DNA from: Macrostomum hystrix
Taxonomy: Eukaryota > Animalia > Platyhelminthes
Direction of reading: 5' to 3'
Assembly: GCA_950097015.1 (NCBI GenBank)
Contig: CATNEN010000003.1
Location: 4,650,001 to 4,714,000, forward strand
Length of the DNA stretch: 64,000 nt
How positions within the stretch are numbered: position 1 is the first letter of the stretch; every line of letters begins with the position of its first letter. The translations under genes and the position numbers were made by a program. Shown here one piece after another: positions 60,021 to 64,000 of this stretch. Below the pieces are notes generated by a model that did no database searches, was not told the origin of the DNA, and saw nothing but the letters and a program-made list of their open reading frames with translations.

Positions 60021-61750
60021 CTTCAACTTGTAGATTACAATGTATGATCAATAGCTTTGGTTATAGATGCACTTGATGATTATTGTTACCAAAGTATTTT
60101 CTGAAATTTGTGATTGTTTTTATTTTATTTTCAACTCTATTTAAACTAAAAAGACAAAAGATAGAATAACTTGGGCAATTTGGTGATATAAAAATAATTT
60201 ATAAAAATTAAATTAAATTAAAAATAAAAATAAAAATAAAAATCGTATATAAAAATTGAATGTCAAATCTAAAATTTAAAAGACAGAGAAAACTTAGAAA
60301 ATTGGCCAGAATACAATTAATTGTAAGTTTTCTATACTTAGGGACTGTTAGTATTAGTACAAATAGTATACCCAGATCAACAAATACATGTGTCACTTAC
60401 AAATAGTTTGTAATTGATTAAAAGCTATAAGTATTGTATAGATGGTTAGCTTCTGAAATATATATTTTAATTTGTCATACTGTTCTAGTGATGTTCTGCT
60501 AAATATGTTTTTGGAAACTTTTAATTCAGAAATGGCCTTAGGCCTATGAGTAATTTAGGAGTGTTTTTGATTATTTACTTTATGTACTACAAATTCCAAA
60601 TTCAAATTGGTAGTAATATATATTTAATATGGTAGTTATATGTTCAATATGGCCTATATTTATCCAGTCTATTTACATGCTCTTATAACATTAGTGAATT
60701 ATTTCTGTAAGTATTATTCATCACACTTTTTATCACAGTTTATTTGTCTTTATCGTTCTTTATTCCTTTCTATCAATCTTCATTAAGTCTTATCACTATC
60801 ACTTTTTAGCTATTTTTCAGTCACATTTTGTTTTTTTTACTTTGATGTGTAGGCAACAGAGACAATCAGAAAAATTACTTTTTCTTAAATAGTTATCAGG
60901 TAATTTGTAGATATTTATCGTGTGCTTTATGATCAAAGTTTTAAAGAGTTTTCTATATAGTCACAAATAATACTATAATATTTTCTTTACTATCAAAAAC
61001 AAATGAGACACACATTATAGTCGAAAAGAAATATTTAATGTGTGCAAGCAGCTGATAAATATAAAAAAGTTCTGATGAATAAGAGTCTTGGTAACGGAAT
61101 CGACGTCGGTCGACATTCTGAAAATTCTTCTTTCGTTAAAAAAATGGATGAAAAAGTTAAAGTTAAAAACACTAAAAGACATGCTGGCAAAATAAAACAA
61201 ATGAGATATAATAGTTTACTTAATTAGTTTGTCTGTTGTTAGCAGGCTTCACACATACAGTAGTTTTAGTAAAAAAAAAATTTTCCATTCTGTAGACCTT
61301 TTAAAAAGAGTCATATTGCTCGATTTATCTTTTTTGACATCAGAGAGGAGTCAGCAAAGTTAAGCAAATATCCGCATCTGCATGGTATTCGCAATGATCT
61401 AGCGTCAATAAGGATTCAAGACCACATTTTTTTAATATATAGCAGCCTGGTTTAAAAATTAAAAGTCGTTTTCGTAGGATTTTAATTTAGATCTGAAAAT
61501 TTATTCAGAAAATTGTACAGCCCTAGTTTGGTTTCTACTGAAGTGTAAAGTTTTTGACTAATATAGTGATTGTCCAGTGTATTTTTTGCAGTAATCAAAG
61601 TACAAGATTTTAAAGTTTTTTAAATCAGATAGAATATAACTAATTTATATATAATCTAATATAAGGTTATAACATTGTTGTTGCAGTAGCATAGGTGTTG
61701 TAGTATTGTAGTATTGTAACTTGCAGTTGCAGACTTGCAGTCCATTAGGT

Positions 61751-63495
61751 ATGTCAGAAGAGCATAACACAACTAATAGGTCCATCAATATGCCTAATGC
61801 AAATGGCCATGCAGCTGCCTCTGGATTTGGTAATCAAACACATTCTCAGCCTCAGCTTCAAGGAGCAAATTCTAGATGGATAAGGCTTAATGTTGGTGGC
61901 AGAACATTTGTTACTACTCGATCAACAATATTGCAGCACAATGACTCTTTTTTGGCTAGATTAGTTCAAGAAGATGCTGTTCTTGAAAGTGACAAGGTAA
62001 GGTATGCCAATGACAGGCTATACAAGGTAAACTGTTTGTAAATATGCCTAATCCAAATGTTTTTTTAGAAGTAAGGCCCTAATTTATTACCAATGACAAA
62101 ACATTTAGTAAGTTGTTATTAAAATAAATAAAAAGGATGACATTAATGTCAGTTAATGAATGTGTAGGTCGAAATGTAGAACACTGTTGTAACACACCAG
62201 CAACTTTGTCAATCTATTGGCTTGAGGGTTCAACAAAACATTTAAACCCATAAGGGCCTCATTTCAAAGAACAGAACAGTGTGGATAAAATTGAAATTAA
62301 TGGCATGGCACATATAAAGAGTTGTAGACCTATTCATACAAGCTGCTGTGTGGATAAGCAGAAAATTATCGTCACAGTCACAGATCCGTGTGGATAAAAT
62401 TGAAATTATTTGCATGGGACTGTGGGAATAAGCTCTGCCATCTATTATTGAATATATATTTATATTTAATATATATTCAATAACTGTGGTAGTAAATTAC
62501 AAGTACCTAAGTGGTAAAACACTTTAAACACCCACACCTTATAAAATTACTCCTAATTATATATTATTGGCTATTACCAGTCTTTTAAAGGCTCTAGTGG
62601 ATTGGAAGGTACCAATCAAACACATTGTATGTTACTCTCTATCTTGTTAATCTTACTCTTAGGACCTTAGTCCTAAAAACCGATAGGATTGTAAATGTTT
62701 TTTATACTAAGTAGCTTTTATTCATATTTCTATTTGCTATATCTTCTTTTGATTATCTAAGTATAGTGTATCACAATAATCATCAGAGGGCCAAATGTTC
62801 TACCTAACTAATGGAACTTTAAGATCACATCAATGGGTCAAGTGTCAAAAATGCGACATTGAAATAATAGAACAACCAAGGTATATTTACATACAAATTT
62901 TGAAATGTTCCATTGTAAGTTATGTTTTAAAACACAATTTTACCATTCAAAATTTGTTTAGGATGAGAATGGTGCCTTTCTCATTGACCGCGATCCAGCC
63001 TATTTTGGTATTGTGCTCAACTATCTGCGCCACGGCAAGCTAATTGTGGAAGCCAATCTCAGCTTAGACGGTGTACTAGAAGAGGCTGAGTTCTACAACA
63101 TCACCAGCCTGATTAACTTGGCTAGGAAGCGCAGAGAAGAGCAGAATCGTCTAGGCGGCTCGGGTTGTCCATTGTGCGGCAGATCAATTAGGCCAGTTTA
63201 TCGAGTGTTCCAATGCTCAGAGGAGGAGCTAGCGCCAATGGTTAGTACCATTAGCGACGGCTGGAAATTTGAGCAGTTAATTAGCACTGGCAGCAGCTAC
63301 AACTATGGCAGCTCCGATGATAATCGCGGCGAATTCCTTTGCGTTGTCAGCCGGGACTGCTCGCTGCCGCATTCGTCTAGCTTCGACGACAGCGCCCTAG
63401 GATCTGGTAGCGGCGGCGGCGTCGGCAGCAGCGGTGCCAACGGAGAGAGCAGTGATCGCGCGCCTATTCTACTGCAGAGAGGATCTCGCACCTGA
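61751..63495 (+). CDS. KCTD5: BTB/POZ protein of the KCTD2/5/17 (insomniac) family
   Basis: Exons 61751-61996 and 62962-63495. [29 protein letters not shown]|[81 protein letters not shown]. Confidence 0.93.
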
Positions 63496-63741
63496 GTAGA
63501 TTCTTAAAGAGACTTGCAACTTTTATATGGATACTTAAAATGCCCCGAAATACTATTTTGTTTTTGTTAAGATTTCTATCATATTTCATTGACGGCAGAC
63601 GCTATCTATATTTTATTATTTCTAATGGGACCAAAGCATGTTATTATCCTTGGAATGTTAAAATCTGGTTTTCAGAGCGACTTTTTCAGCCTCTAAAATC
63701 CTCACTTTTTTACGAGAGTATATCATCCTCCTAAATCGCGC

Positions 63742-64000
63742 ATCATTGAGGATATCAGCCTCTTAAATCCCAATCCATTGAGGATATCAGCCTCCTCAAT
63801 CCCAATTCATTGAGGATATCAGCCTCCTCAATCCCAATTCATTGAGGATATCAGCCTCCTCAATCCCAATTTATTGAGGATATCAGCCTCCTAAATCCCA
63901 ATTCATTGAGGATATCAGCCTCCTAAATCCCAATTCATTGAGGATATCAGCCTCCTAAATCCCAATTCATTGAGGATATCAGCCTCCTCAATCCCAATTC
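63742..64000. repeat. 32-bp minisatellite (runs off window end)
   Basis: Unit cattgaggatatcagcctcctcaatcccaatt. Confidence 0.92.

Overview
This is eukaryotic (metazoan) genomic DNA, not prokaryotic. It has GT-AG spliced genes with GC-rich, polyQ/polyA/polyP-rich exons, AT-rich introns, about 22 different minisatellite arrays and several tRNA-derived SINE families. That style suggests a free-living flatworm such as Macrostomum, which is inference only. I reconstructed exons by hand with phase checks. Genes in order: 5' part of dynactin p62 (DCTN4, -); a 9-exon ceramide-kinase-like gene with degenerate catalytic motifs (-), with an antisense ORF nested in one intron; a full-length LOA-type LINE with a 13-bp TSD and four structured 97-bp 5' monomers; a two-exon candidate neuropeptide precursor not seen as a gene in the ORF track; par-3 (+); a secreted fibrinogen-related protein (-); a single-CRD TNFR-like membrane protein (+); sulfite oxidase (-); VPS37 (-); KCTD5/2/17-like (+). 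Best leads: (1) the precursor carries two ELH/CRH/DH44-like helical peptides plus a novel C-terminal cyclic peptide CRLFGRLSCPV-G; (2) par-3 has a candidate mutually exclusive exon that would replace the aPKC-binding exon, plus a 21-nt microexon; (3) sulfite oxidase has no genomic AUG before its targeting peptide, and a flatworm spliced-leader AUG would be exactly in frame; (4) the LINE 5' monomers and a nested SINE with a LINE-like tail. All family assignments come from recalled motif similarity; no searches were run.
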